In this document: positions 49,301-58,503 of the stretch, piece by piece | How positions within the stretch are numbered: the stretch's first letter is position 1 | Layout: every line of letters begins with the position of its first letter | Virus record (IMG/VR): IMGVR_UViG_3300044612_001255 | Span: 44,292-108,291 of that record | Origin: a virus | DNA: 64,000 bases | Strand: one strand, 5' to 3' | Notes under the pieces: model-generated | What the model saw: only the letters and a program-made list of their open reading frames with translations | What the model was told of the DNA's origin: nothing | Databases searched by the model: none | Position numbers and translations under genes: made by a program

Positions 49301-52300
49301 ACTTTGCTGACTACAGACTAGGAAAGCTTCCAGCTAGAACATTGTCTGAAAAGATTAAAAGATTCTTCAATGCTATCATTGAGTTCTTCAAAAGCTTTGT
49401 TAACAATCCTTCTTTGAAGCAACAACTCTTTGATGAGATTGAAGCTGGAAGATTTAAAGAGTCAGTACTTCCTGATTATGTAAAAACAGCTCAGCCTGAA
49501 TATAGACCAGTTATGAAACTTCCTGATGGAGCTATTCTATCAGAAGATGAAGCGTACAACATTGTTCAGGACATGGTTATCAGTACATCTGGATATCTGT
49601 TAAACAGAGGGAATGATGATACTGTTGCTAACGTATTTAATATAAAAGGTGTAACTGGAACTGAGGTTTATAATTTTATTAGAAATATTTACGAAGGGAC
49701 TGGTAACTTACAAGCTCTTGGTGACAAACTATTCAATGAGCTGTTCTTGAGAAGTGTTGATAATTTAAGACCATTAGGTGTTAACATTGATACAGATTCT
49801 TTAATATCAGTGAATGATGAGCAAGGAAACAATAGATTGTATTCTCCAGAAGCATTTGAAGTGGACTTGATGAAGAACGCTAGTTTTGCTATCAAGTATA
49901 TACTAGCTACATTACCTTCTGCTAGTAAAAGTGAGCTAGATCCAGAAACAGGTTTGCCTGCTTTGAAAACTGGTGCAGTGGGTCTTCCTGTTCTTTCTAA
50001 TTTCAATAGAACATTTGCTACCCTACTTTCCAAACTTTCTAACACTCCTATTTCAAAGATTCCAGCAAAGTTGATGGAGCTGTACAAGAATGATGGTAAC
50101 TACTATAGAGTTGCTCGATCATTGAATGGTAACATGTCTGCTGAAGATGCTGAAGAACTATTTGATTTTGGAAACTTCACAGACAATGATTGGAGATTAT
50201 ACATCCAATTTGTTCAAGCATTTAATAAGAGTAGACCAGATGCAACTGTTGAGGAAAGAACAGCTAGTCCTGAGGGTGTAAGTGTTATCACTAAGCCAGC
50301 AGACAAGTCATCAGCAATCAATGTACAGAAGTACAACTGGCTTTCTAACATTAAGGTGCTTGGTAGACAAGGTGGTTCAATCATTGATCAGAAGAATCAA
50401 AACTTCTTCATTGACACTGAGCATTCTAAATATCCTAAGAAGAGACCTTCTACAAATACTGAGAGACTTGAGTTTCTAGCAAACATAGGTATTACATTTC
50501 CTGGTGCAGCAATTTCAAACAAAGATGAATTTGTAGATGCGGTTAACAGAATTTACGAATACGGAAGTAAGAACTTAGCAAACTTTAAAAAATTCTTAGG
50601 TGCAGACAGCTCAATCACTAAGCTTGCTGTAATGTATGTTGATTCTTTAAACCCAGATCAAGATACTACAAGATTCAATGTTGAGAACAAACGAACTGGA
50701 AACTATTCAGATAGCAATGCTGTGTCTGTATTTGAAGAAGACTTCAATGATGCACAGACACTTGATGAGTTATTTAAAAAGCGTCCTGAACTAAAAGACG
50801 CTTTCTCACAGAATAGTTTAATCATCAAGAAGGGTGGACTATTCTTTGATAAAGAAGGTAACAAAATCAAAGGTAAGATTCTAAAGATTGGTGTCGTAGA
50901 TGGCATCTCTGAAGAAGATGGTGGAACAACTGTTTCTGGATTAACAGAAGGAGAAAGATTCAGCGTAGAGATAAATCAAAACGTAAAAGGAAACTATTAC
51001 ATTCTTGTACCAGCAGACTCTGCTACAGAAAGAACTTACAACATTGGTAACCAGATCAAGTTTGAAAATACAAACACTGAGATAGGTGACTCTGAGTTCT
51101 TTGATATAATGCGTTCCTATCTAGATGACGAAATTAATCTTGCTCTAGACTGGAGAAACAGAAGCAAACTTTCAGCTGTAGGAGACAGAGCTAAAGAGCT
51201 TCGTTTCTTTAAAGAAATTCTAAGCCCATCATTAGTAAAAAGTATTGAAGGTGTAATTGCAAAAACTAAACTTTCTAAAGAAAAAGCACTTGCAGAAATC
51301 TCTAAGATTCTTAGTGATAATAAGAGTGAGGTGGAATCTTCTATTAGAGAAACTATAGCATATCAAAATGATAAGCTTAACAAAGCACTAACATCTACTG
51401 GTGAGGTTTCTCAAGTTGATGAGAACAGCGTTGACTTCTCATATCTTGATTCAGAATTTGCTGAGAAAAATAAGATTGACAAGAATAAAATCAGTAATGA
51501 AGATTACAATAAGTTTTTGTCATTCCTTAACATGAATCAAATGATTTCCAACATTGAACTTCACAAGTTCATCTTTGGTGATCCTTATCAGTTCGAAGTC
51601 AAGAATGGTAATCTTGAAGAAACCAAGCGTATCAAATCATGGCTTTCTCCAAGAAGAAAAACATTTGATAGTGAGGCAGCAAATGATTTCTTGAATAAGA
51701 AATACAATAAAGTTACTGATGATATTGTCCTATCTGGAAATGATATCACCAGACACAACTTTAACTCTTATGTAAAGACAGTAACATTAACTGATCCAAC
51801 TCCTCAGTCTAGATATTTAAATTCATTTGGGAACTATAAAGAATCTGATGGTTTCTCTCTTATTGGAATAGGAACATTCAGAGAAGTTAAATGGAAGAAT
51901 GCTGAGTGGCCAAAAGAAGCTGAGAATTGGTATCAATGGCAAATGGCATACACTAGACAGAAGCTTTCTAAAATCAAGAAAGCTGATGGAAAGTTTGTAT
52001 ACAACTATGGCAAGAACTCAGCACTTCAAAATCATGATGCAGCTCTGATTCAGAAACCAGAACCATACTATGTTCTAGAAGTATTGAAGCCAATTGTATC
52101 TGGAGCAAAACCAGAACTTGGTAGAATTGAAGGAACCATTGATAAGTTCTCTCAAATGCCATTGTTCTTTAAGGCAATTGAAGGAACGCATTTACAAGAC
52201 CTATACACTCAAATGTTAGAAGAGGGTGTAGGATATGTTGTGTATAGATCTGGTAGAAAAGAGGGTGTGAGAGATACACACAATGTTTATAATGGTAATG

Positions 52301-55300
52301 GTACATTCAACTCTTCAAACTTTGGTGGTAACACTATTGAGAATGTTGCGTGGAGTACTTATGGTATTCAAGTTGAAAACAGTTACGAAGAAGGCAAGCA
52401 ACAGACTAGAGGTAGTCAGCCAATGAAGAACGCATCTTTGGATATGTTCCAATATGGTAAGTCTGTTATGGATGGTGCACAAGAATTGTATGATGATATT
52501 ACAAAAACTCACGATGAGTTCCACCAGTTCCAGTATGAGAAGTTCTTAGAGAATCTTGGAATTGAAGACTTGGGTGATTTATATAGAATTAAAGATGCTA
52601 AGAAAGTTTCTCAAACTCTTGAATATGAACTTCTAAGAAGAGAAGCTTCTGAAAACGTAATCGATACAATTCGTCTGAATGAGAATGGTCAGTTTGGAAT
52701 TCCATTCGAAGCTTCTTCTGCATACGAAGACATTAGAAGTGTATTGTTTTCAATAATAAACAAGTCGTTGATCTCTCCACCAATGGAGGGTAAACCTCAC
52801 GTACAGGTTGCAGCTACACTTTGGGAGAATAGAGACAAGGGAAGAAGAATACTAAGAAAGACAAAAGATGGATACGTAGAGATTAGTAAAGATGAATACG
52901 AAAAACTATCTGATGAAAACAAGAAAGGTGTTGTACTTTCCAGTGACACTCTTAAGTTCTATGAAGATAAGCCAGGAGAAAGACACATTGAAGTAATGAT
53001 TCCAAACTTCTGGAAGAGATACTTTAAAGGAATGTCTGATGAGCAAATTCTAGAATATCTTAATAAGCCAGAGAACCAAAAAATCTTGTTTGGTATAGGA
53101 TTTCGTATTCCTCACCAAGCAGCTTCTTCTACAGAAGTATTTAAGGTTAAAGGGTTCTTACATCCATCTATGGGATCTACAGTTGTTGTTCCTTCTGAGA
53201 TTGTACAGAAAGCAGGATCTGACTTTGATATTGATAAGCTCAACATGTATCTGAAAGCAGTTTATGTTGATCAGAATGGAGACGTAAAACTTATAGAGTA
53301 CAAGGGTAGCAAAAAAGCTACTATGGACTTCTATGCAAAAGTTTATGATGAGCAGATCAAAAATGAAATAGAAGATATTGAAGCTGGCGATGAGTTTAGA
53401 AACAACTTAATTGAAGTTTTTGAAATTCTTGAATCTATAGAAGATCCTTCTTCAATGACTGGTGAAGCATTGAAATCTCTTCTTGGTGATAAACTTTCCA
53501 AATTCTATACTAAAAAACAACAGACGATTAACAACATTATCAATGTTGCTCTTTCTAAAAAGCAAAGGCCTTCTGATTACATTGGTGATCAGGTGGGTAG
53601 AATGGCTGATAAATATGCAAAGCTAACAGAGAAGCAGTTAAGCGAGTCTATGAAAAAAGACTTTGTAGACTTGATGTATAAGAAGTCTCTTGAGAATAGA
53701 TACTTTGAACTACTTCAAGAAATAGTTACTCTTCCTGAAAACTTTGAAAGACTACTGACTCCTGTTGGTGATGCTAATTTACCAGAGGTTGCTAAAGAAC
53801 TTGATAAAGCTAGACAAGATGAAGAAGCTACGTTTAAGAATAAACTTCTATCAAAGACATTCTTAACATCTCTCAGACATGCATTCTTGCTTGGTAAGAA
53901 GTGGGTGGGTATTGCTGCTGTTAACATTACAGGACATTCCATTGCACAGAAGATCAATGCTTATCTAGACCCAAGAAGACTTAATGATATAGATGCATAC
54001 GATGCTAGCTTCTTAGGGGACATGTCTCTTGCTGTCCCTCACAATACTGTAGAGGTGGATGGTCAGAAGATGATTGCTCTTGGTGGTAGAACCACTGCTT
54101 ATTCTAAGAAAGATAAAGAAGGTAAGAGTGTATTCGAGTTCATATCAGACAGACTATCTGGATATGCTACAGCATTCGTAGACGTTGCAAAAGATCCATA
54201 CATCATGAAGATCTTGAGAAGCGATTTGGTTGTTAGTACAGCAATGTTTATGGAACGCATAGGTGTTGGTGAACTTACGCCATATTTCTTGAATCAACCT
54301 ATCATCATCGACTACTTGAAGTATCTTGATAGAATTGGTAGTAGATCACTATTCTCTAAAAATAACATCGCAGAGATAGATGCTATGTATCCTATAGAAT
54401 TTGGTAAGAGCTACAACTTGAAACAAGACTTCGTTATAGATGAGAGTACAGGTTTGGTAGATTTTGAAAAATCAAAAGCAAACCTACTATCGTCTATTGA
54501 TATAACAGCTGAGAGAAATGATGAATTTAATCTTAAGCAGAGAGCTGTACTTAATGAGTTCCTCAGACTCTCTAAGATGGGTCAGTTTAGCTTTAAATTC
54601 ACTCAGGCATACAACTATGACACCACTCGTGTAAGAACCACTGAGAGCGTACTTAGAAAGGTTGCTAGAACAGAAGCTGCTGAAGAGAAGAATATTATTT
54701 CTTCAATCAATGATGTGTTCAAACAAACATTCATTGGTGATCAAAAAAGATTGATCATTGAAGAAGTGAAAGCATTGAGTGCGATATTCAAGCTAGACGC
54801 AGATGTGTTCTATAGCGTGATAGATGAGGTGATGAAACCTTTTGTTAACGATGAGTACATGTCAATCGATGACTTTGATAGAGTGGCTAGAAAGGTTAAA
54901 ACTTCATTCATTGATTACCTTACACAAAACAAGTCTACTAGATTCTCTAAGGAAATTATAGATGACCTAGTGATTGGTAAGAATAACATTGCAGTACAAC
55001 TTGCAAAGTTGCAAGATAAGTATGCAAGTAGTGAACTCTTATCAAACCTTGAACCTAGATTCTCTAATCACGAGGGTGGTGCAGTAACTGTTTCATTGAA
55101 GGTTAAACCAAAAGATGCTGCTTCTGTAAATAGATACATTGGATTGATGAGAGAACTTAAGTCTTATGAACCTGAGTTTTACAACAACTTGTTATTGGTT
55201 AACTTGTTACAAGGAACCTATGAAACAAAAATCAACATCAACAAAGTTATCCCTCTAGAAGATAGAGCTGAGATTATTGCTCCAGTGATTAGTTCAAATT

Positions 55301-58300
55301 ATTCATTTGAGAACATTAAAGACTTCTCTAGAAATGGTGCTTTCTTCAGAACTAATTTCTCTGACGATAAAGTGGTTCCTTTCTTTAGTCCAAGATACAA
55401 TGTGACTGAAGGAAATATTGATTATAAATCTTCAGGATTTGCTACAATGAAAGAAATTGGAGCTAAGCCTGGTAATGGTAAAGTGCTAAGACTTTCTAAG
55501 AAGTATGACAAGTTTAATCACTCTAACATGGACTTCTTGAAGGTAACTAGATACCAATATGCTAGAGGATATATTATTGATATCACTGGGGAGAAAAATC
55601 CAATGTCATACGATAATTTCAAAAAGCTTGTCCTAAATGGTGAGTTGTCAAAATCAGAAATTGTTGGATACCAAAAGGTAAAAGATTTGGCTGGAGCACC
55701 ATTAGAAGATGAAAAAGGTAACACCTATTTTAAAATGGTGAACTTGTATGGTGATGGTGATCTTGTTAAGATTTACAAAACAAATGGACTGCCTTCTGCA
55801 ATAAACAACAACACTTACAAGGTTGATAAGGAGATTCAAAACAGTGACATAATTGCATTTGTAAATAATGAAGTTATTAATCCTCTTGAAACAGCTGAGA
55901 AAATTGATGTTGCAGCTGAGCTAGCTCCTGTTCCAGAAGTTGCAACACCTATTACTAGTAAGGTTGAGCGCACTACAAGAATGATCAATAGATCAGAATT
56001 GAGAGCTAATCCTAAAACATTGTATTTATTTGGAGACAATGATTCTAGAAAAGGTCTTGGTGGTCAGGCTAAAGAAATGAGAAATGAGCCTAATGCAATT
56101 GGTATATCAACTAAAAAACTACCAGCCAGTTCAGAACAATCTTACAAAACTGATGCAGAACTTGATGTAAATAAAAAAATCATCAAAGATGATATTGATA
56201 AAGCAATTGCTGCATGGAGCACTGGTAAGTATAATAAACTTATAATTCCTCAACTAGGAGTGGGCTTAGCAGAGCTTCCTACAAGAGCTCCTCAAACATA
56301 TGAGTTTTTACAACAAGAACTTCAGAGACTTGAAAACTACATAAACGGTGTTCAAGAAGCTGCAACTCCTGTTGAAGAAGTTGAAGAAGTTGAGTTCACT
56401 ACAACAAAGCTATTCAAATACTTTGGAAGATTTTACAACATTGTAATTGATCAAGATGGTAAAGCAATTGATGTAGAAGGTTACAAAGGAAAGGAAGATG
56501 CCAAACAAAAGCTTCTTGATGCATATAAAGCAAATCCAAATGTTGACCCACAGAGCAACAAACCATTCTTTGCAGAAGATGCATTTATTGAAGAAGAGGA
56601 AGCACCTGAAGTGGTTAGTGGAAACTCATTTAAGTTTGAGGATGGCACTGTAATCAATACAGGAAACATCACTCTTAATGAACAACAGAAAGAAGCTTTG
56701 CAACTTGCTGTAAATGCAATCAAAAAGAACCAGACAAAGTTTGTTCTTAGAGGATATGCTGGAACAGGTAAGTCAACCATTTCTAAATTCGTAAGAGAAT
56801 ATTTACAGAATAGTAAATCATTCAAAGATGTAAGCTATGCATCTCCTACACATAAGGCAAATACCAATTTGCTAATTCAATTACTTCGTGGTAAAGTGTT
56901 TAACACAATGCCTTTCACAACAGCAAGTTTATTGAATAAAATTAAAGGAGAAGATGGTGACTTCATTGCTGGTCCAAAAGATAAAATGCCATACTCTGGA
57001 GTGTTAATTGTTGACGAAAGCTCAATGATTGATGCACAGGACTATAACTTATTGATGGGACTAGCAAAGAGAAAAGGAACAACCGTTATATTCATGGGTG
57101 ATCCAGCTCAACTACCTCCTGTAGGAAGCAGTCAATTGAGTAAAGCTCTACAGTTCTCATCTTCTGAGGATGGTGTAGAACTCACTCAAGTGATGCGTCA
57201 GCAAGGAGACAATCCTTTGTTAGATATTCTTACGAACATTCGTCAGAATCTAACTACAGTGGTTGACAGATTTAGCTTCAGCACTAATGTAAATGGTAGA
57301 GGAGAAGGTGTAGAGTTCACGAATGATTACTTGTCATTCAATGACAAGATGCTTCAATACTTCAAATCACCTGAGTATAAAGAAGATCCTACATACGCTA
57401 AGGTGCTCACTTACACCAATGCATCTGTTGCTAACTACAACAACTTAATCCAGTCTCAATTAGGACTTTCACCTTATGGTGTAGGATCTATCATGATGGG
57501 ATATGAGCAAGTTGGTCAGACACCTAACGTTCACAATGGTCAGGATTACAAAATCTTGGAGAGTCAGTATATCACTGATAGAGATGTAAAAGTGTTTGAT
57601 GGAAATGTTGGAAACAAATACTTCAACATTGAAGAGAAAGTTTCTGGATATAAGGTTCAAATGAGAAGAGTGTTCTCTAAAGAAGATGAGCAGTTACTAA
57701 ATGATACAGGTCAGACAGCTCTTCTTAGACCACTTGATGTGTTCATCATTAACCCTAATGATGATAGAAACCTTAAATTCATGGAGCGAGTGCTGGCATT
57801 CAAAAAGGTATTGAATGATAAAACAATTCCTTGGAAACTTCGACAAGATCCTCTTAATCAATTTGAAAGCTTCTTCAACACTTATCAGCTACCTGCTGAC
57901 ATGATCAGCTATAAAGGAAAAATTACAACTCTTCCTAAGTTGAAACAAGAGAATCCAGAGTTATTTAAAGTGAATAGACAAACAGGAAAAACTCTATTTG
58001 AAGAAACTGCAACTTCAGAAAGACCAATGCTTGCTAAGAACATTGACTATGGTTATGCTGTAACTTCTCACAAAGGACAAGGATCAACTTACCAGTATGT
58101 CTTTGATGACTATGAGAACATGGAGAACCCAGCAAACAACAGAGTTATTTCTGATGGAGATGTTAAATATGCTATTGAAAGACAACAATTGAAATATGTT
58201 GGACTATCTAGAGCATCAAAGATTGCATTTGTCTTTACTAGAAAGGCTGGTACTGATGAGCTTTATTCTTCACAAGAAATTCAATCTGAACCATCTTACA

Positions 58301-58503
58301 TTCCTGAAAGTCAAGAAAGCTTCGTACCTTGGTCTATTGAATCTGAAGGACAGGCATCAGGAGTTAGAAGTTTCTACGAATCCCTAACCCCTGACCAAAA
58401 GCTGAAATTAGGTTCTTTGCAAGACATTATTTCTGAGTATAATGAATTACCAACAGAAATTAGTGAGCGAACCTTTATAGAAATGTTAATGTGTAGACTA
58501 TAA
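43339..58503 (+). CDS. giant virion RNA polymerase fused to SF1B (Dda/RecD2-like) helicase
   Basis: GIGFRIPHQ and catalytic GSDFDIDK (DFDID at 53221-53235). Helicase motifs GYAGTGKS, IVDESSM, GDPAQLPPV, TQVMRQ, TSHKGQGST, YVGLSRA. Confidence 0.9.
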   Translation: MEEENVVNPKGVSNEIPYPIIPNNPGNQVPGELPSAREAFAKLAEQNRFTGAQNIPISSFYSGGNRYGKTRPFTNFEEMAAQKQSGFDQVRNGLGKAVGIAGTSFISGTVGLLNGIGSSIANQQFSKLYDNPTTQFMDRLQKGMEDYAPNYYRQAETDAEWWQSDNLLTPNFWADKVIKNIGYGIGSIAGGAAWTKAFKLVGKANALVKLGKGAETAATIEKAMQVVPRAQKISAIEGALGNLSQGIKSQITNNGQRTLTSVMGTFGEASIESLQKSNEFRDNAIAEFRSQNGIDPTGKDLDDINAFAEKAGNYVWGMNTILLTASNYIQLPKILGSSRKVEKAFINDLTQKGLGKEFIEKTAKTRFGKIVDTTKGLGRFFIQPTEAAEEGMQFAIASGVDDYFNRAYTNREDLGTFLETISGAMGNVFGEGIDKTLSTKEGIESILIGSLAGGIQQAPMSIYREGLTGKGGQRKRNTDIALKQLNETNIAASLKDQANFLAVGIGSQTMRQQAIENNDILSEKDYEADYSLSYLMPRAKYGKMENVYEELEYYKEQALNPQGFAELQTAGVAFEKESPAQFVQRIGNLENTAKAVQKHYDNINETYAGVFKTDADGKIIEDAKGRPIRKYNPVVVDKLVYAASKIDDYSARIPGLTSVLSSAGINISTILNDVLVSEKPTIEAVKESIDQINAMDVVSDVKDNLKRSLSDLIEMSLRRKVFIDDYNDIKKNPEVFEAFSRAERFREKGPVDVTQQEGGKSVVKTLKVGQEYSLAEPIRLENGKITLAPKFTIISETLGGEFEVRLPNGKEVFLSPLEFKTYNISEEDNTSQEFENALNQSIDDVLQYPAFRDVIEKPGEKVNKLAYINSLGNQKLSEAVVNRFKRLTKDIVELKAKQKEVDNKIKEQSSDINSQQDEEAQASTDPKVELIPFDTRIDTGETGPLKSAARFFNASSNESDDPNYKYYNPNPSPHIIRARVFLNNAKSNKNRDKFRAITFTYNQENDLGLSGVTQLSYGANWETQKGTVNDLIDGFIAQVYVEVDGKNRYFIDQNGNRIKGADGKDVKVGQQVDLGKVVFETRPTAREYNSDNSDRFRTRQKEEFMDNMETWKQQREILLGNPAKQMAPMAAKDLPTNSFMISKGFPLITEKVDGKYVKNKVGDTLITESQIETQSGLLKISTGTPIVHSGENMNAKPGIVYLQDRDMLQVLNNNLLGAKKGKSVYEVIKSLINDMQQQAADDKPIQLDRQKLKYLGSVMIYARPTKDMLNNQLWIDIDSMSVMLGNNSYSFSDFLKNEADVIKAFSSVYHSANKRLLDKAEPHYEFVFKDGKLDFVKWPNYQSYLLSGTDRSVDEVPFVTNVRKKSDALPYNFRGKYAYISNFTVGEKNTNFTAPEAQEEKAPVAPPIESKSESNSPSEVAEALPVLNVGGFTLNNGSTNIVEVSKQPIEFIGTVNEKGQIKVDLDFRTEANQKSFENVAAVISEETLNTYRAAIPQLNESSSKEDTIVEFFRYQITAKINKALKAQQEASAPAAPVVPASDIEAKKFDIESLFSINAQSIIDNKADILSNPTKYETTQTVGNVTTEQTVDVSKGNITVIQRISSNDKSISFSNRIYLSSKGEVSSIISREGGISFFKDKSGVVNEEAKLKMVNLAETVKNYFPEIFSKIEEYAKKYKGFVTSTDNFRETVRQTKFIDAFDSFLYNKDLLSDADFARITLHNAELAALEGAASTEQVSSKQVELDQYLENVDYRPQSLDLVVSNSGVDKYTVIEAAKNVEEASNKKYGFGSIIHTLKVTGGNLNYPNTTKPERERIRLYNEELAKLTGKPVEQPTPPAQQPAAEAPPKSNKGKFKSGYSDTRAVSKGELFAERISDRDIKAFKKWHAEKVPFIPYEILEQIYKSLDGIVAWGVFEGGVAKFFKRGLRGTEYHEIFEAIWKGFLSESERAALIDEFKNRPGYFLDRESGQQIAFSEATDRQVKERIADDFADYRLGKLPARTLSEKIKRFFNAIIEFFKSFVNNPSLKQQLFDEIEAGRFKESVLPDYVKTAQPEYRPVMKLPDGAILSEDEAYNIVQDMVISTSGYLLNRGNDDTVANVFNIKGVTGTEVYNFIRNIYEGTGNLQALGDKLFNELFLRSVDNLRPLGVNIDTDSLISVNDEQGNNRLYSPEAFEVDLMKNASFAIKYILATLPSASKSELDPETGLPALKTGAVGLPVLSNFNRTFATLLSKLSNTPISKIPAKLMELYKNDGNYYRVARSLNGNMSAEDAEELFDFGNFTDNDWRLYIQFVQAFNKSRPDATVEERTASPEGVSVITKPADKSSAINVQKYNWLSNIKVLGRQGGSIIDQKNQNFFIDTEHSKYPKKRPSTNTERLEFLANIGITFPGAAISNKDEFVDAVNRIYEYGSKNLANFKKFLGADSSITKLAVMYVDSLNPDQDTTRFNVENKRTGNYSDSNAVSVFEEDFNDAQTLDELFKKRPELKDAFSQNSLIIKKGGLFFDKEGNKIKGKILKIGVVDGISEEDGGTTVSGLTEGERFSVEINQNVKGNYYILVPADSATERTYNIGNQIKFENTNTEIGDSEFFDIMRSYLDDEINLALDWRNRSKLSAVGDRAKELRFFKEILSPSLVKSIEGVIAKTKLSKEKALAEISKILSDNKSEVESSIRETIAYQNDKLNKALTSTGEVSQVDENSVDFSYLDSEFAEKNKIDKNKISNEDYNKFLSFLNMNQMISNIELHKFIFGDPYQFEVKNGNLEETKRIKSWLSPRRKTFDSEAANDFLNKKYNKVTDDIVLSGNDITRHNFNSYVKTVTLTDPTPQSRYLNSFGNYKESDGFSLIGIGTFREVKWKNAEWPKEAENWYQWQMAYTRQKLSKIKKADGKFVYNYGKNSALQNHDAALIQKPEPYYVLEVLKPIVSGAKPELGRIEGTIDKFSQMPLFFKAIEGTHLQDLYTQMLEEGVGYVVYRSGRKEGVRDTHNVYNGNGTFNSSNFGGNTIENVAWSTYGIQVENSYEEGKQQTRGSQPMKNASLDMFQYGKSVMDGAQELYDDITKTHDEFHQFQYEKFLENLGIEDLGDLYRIKDAKKVSQTLEYELLRREASENVIDTIRLNENGQFGIPFEASSAYEDIRSVLFSIINKSLISPPMEGKPHVQVAATLWENRDKGRRILRKTKDGYVEISKDEYEKLSDENKKGVVLSSDTLKFYEDKPGERHIEVMIPNFWKRYFKGMSDEQILEYLNKPENQKILFGIGFRIPHQAASSTEVFKVKGFLHPSMGSTVVVPSEIVQKAGSDFDIDKLNMYLKAVYVDQNGDVKLIEYKGSKKATMDFYAKVYDEQIKNEIEDIEAGDEFRNNLIEVFEILESIEDPSSMTGEALKSLLGDKLSKFYTKKQQTINNIINVALSKKQRPSDYIGDQVGRMADKYAKLTEKQLSESMKKDFVDLMYKKSLENRYFELLQEIVTLPENFERLLTPVGDANLPEVAKELDKARQDEEATFKNKLLSKTFLTSLRHAFLLGKKWVGIAAVNITGHSIAQKINAYLDPRRLNDIDAYDASFLGDMSLAVPHNTVEVDGQKMIALGGRTTAYSKKDKEGKSVFEFISDRLSGYATAFVDVAKDPYIMKILRSDLVVSTAMFMERIGVGELTPYFLNQPIIIDYLKYLDRIGSRSLFSKNNIAEIDAMYPIEFGKSYNLKQDFVIDESTGLVDFEKSKANLLSSIDITAERNDEFNLKQRAVLNEFLRLSKMGQFSFKFTQAYNYDTTRVRTTESVLRKVARTEAAEEKNIISSINDVFKQTFIGDQKRLIIEEVKALSAIFKLDADVFYSVIDEVMKPFVNDEYMSIDDFDRVARKVKTSFIDYLTQNKSTRFSKEIIDDLVIGKNNIAVQLAKLQDKYASSELLSNLEPRFSNHEGGAVTVSLKVKPKDAASVNRYIGLMRELKSYEPEFYNNLLLVNLLQGTYETKININKVIPLEDRAEIIAPVISSNYSFENIKDFSRNGAFFRTNFSDDKVVPFFSPRYNVTEGNIDYKSSGFATMKEIGAKPGNGKVLRLSKKYDKFNHSNMDFLKVTRYQYARGYIIDITGEKNPMSYDNFKKLVLNGELSKSEIVGYQKVKDLAGAPLEDEKGNTYFKMVNLYGDGDLVKIYKTNGLPSAINNNTYKVDKEIQNSDIIAFVNNEVINPLETAEKIDVAAELAPVPEVATPITSKVERTTRMINRSELRANPKTLYLFGDNDSRKGLGGQAKEMRNEPNAIGISTKKLPASSEQSYKTDAELDVNKKIIKDDIDKAIAAWSTGKYNKLIIPQLGVGLAELPTRAPQTYEFLQQELQRLENYINGVQEAATPVEEVEEVEFTTTKLFKYFGRFYNIVIDQDGKAIDVEGYKGKEDAKQKLLDAYKANPNVDPQSNKPFFAEDAFIEEEEAPEVVSGNSFKFEDGTVINTGNITLNEQQKEALQLAVNAIKKNQTKFVLRGYAGTGKSTISKFVREYLQNSKSFKDVSYASPTHKANTNLLIQLLRGKVFNTMPFTTASLLNKIKGEDGDFIAGPKDKMPYSGVLIVDESSMIDAQDYNLLMGLAKRKGTTVIFMGDPAQLPPVGSSQLSKALQFSSSEDGVELTQVMRQQGDNPLLDILTNIRQNLTTVVDRFSFSTNVNGRGEGVEFTNDYLSFNDKMLQYFKSPEYKEDPTYAKVLTYTNASVANYNNLIQSQLGLSPYGVGSIMMGYEQVGQTPNVHNGQDYKILESQYITDRDVKVFDGNVGNKYFNIEEKVSGYKVQMRRVFSKEDEQLLNDTGQTALLRPLDVFIINPNDDRNLKFMERVLAFKKVLNDKTIPWKLRQDPLNQFESFFNTYQLPADMISYKGKITTLPKLKQENPELFKVNRQTGKTLFEETATSERPMLAKNIDYGYAVTSHKGQGSTYQYVFDDYENMENPANNRVISDGDVKYAIERQQLKYVGLSRASKIAFVFTRKAGTDELYSSQEIQSEPSYIPESQESFVPWSIESEGQASGVRSFYESLTPDQKLKLGSLQDIISEYNELPTEISERTFIEMLMCRL

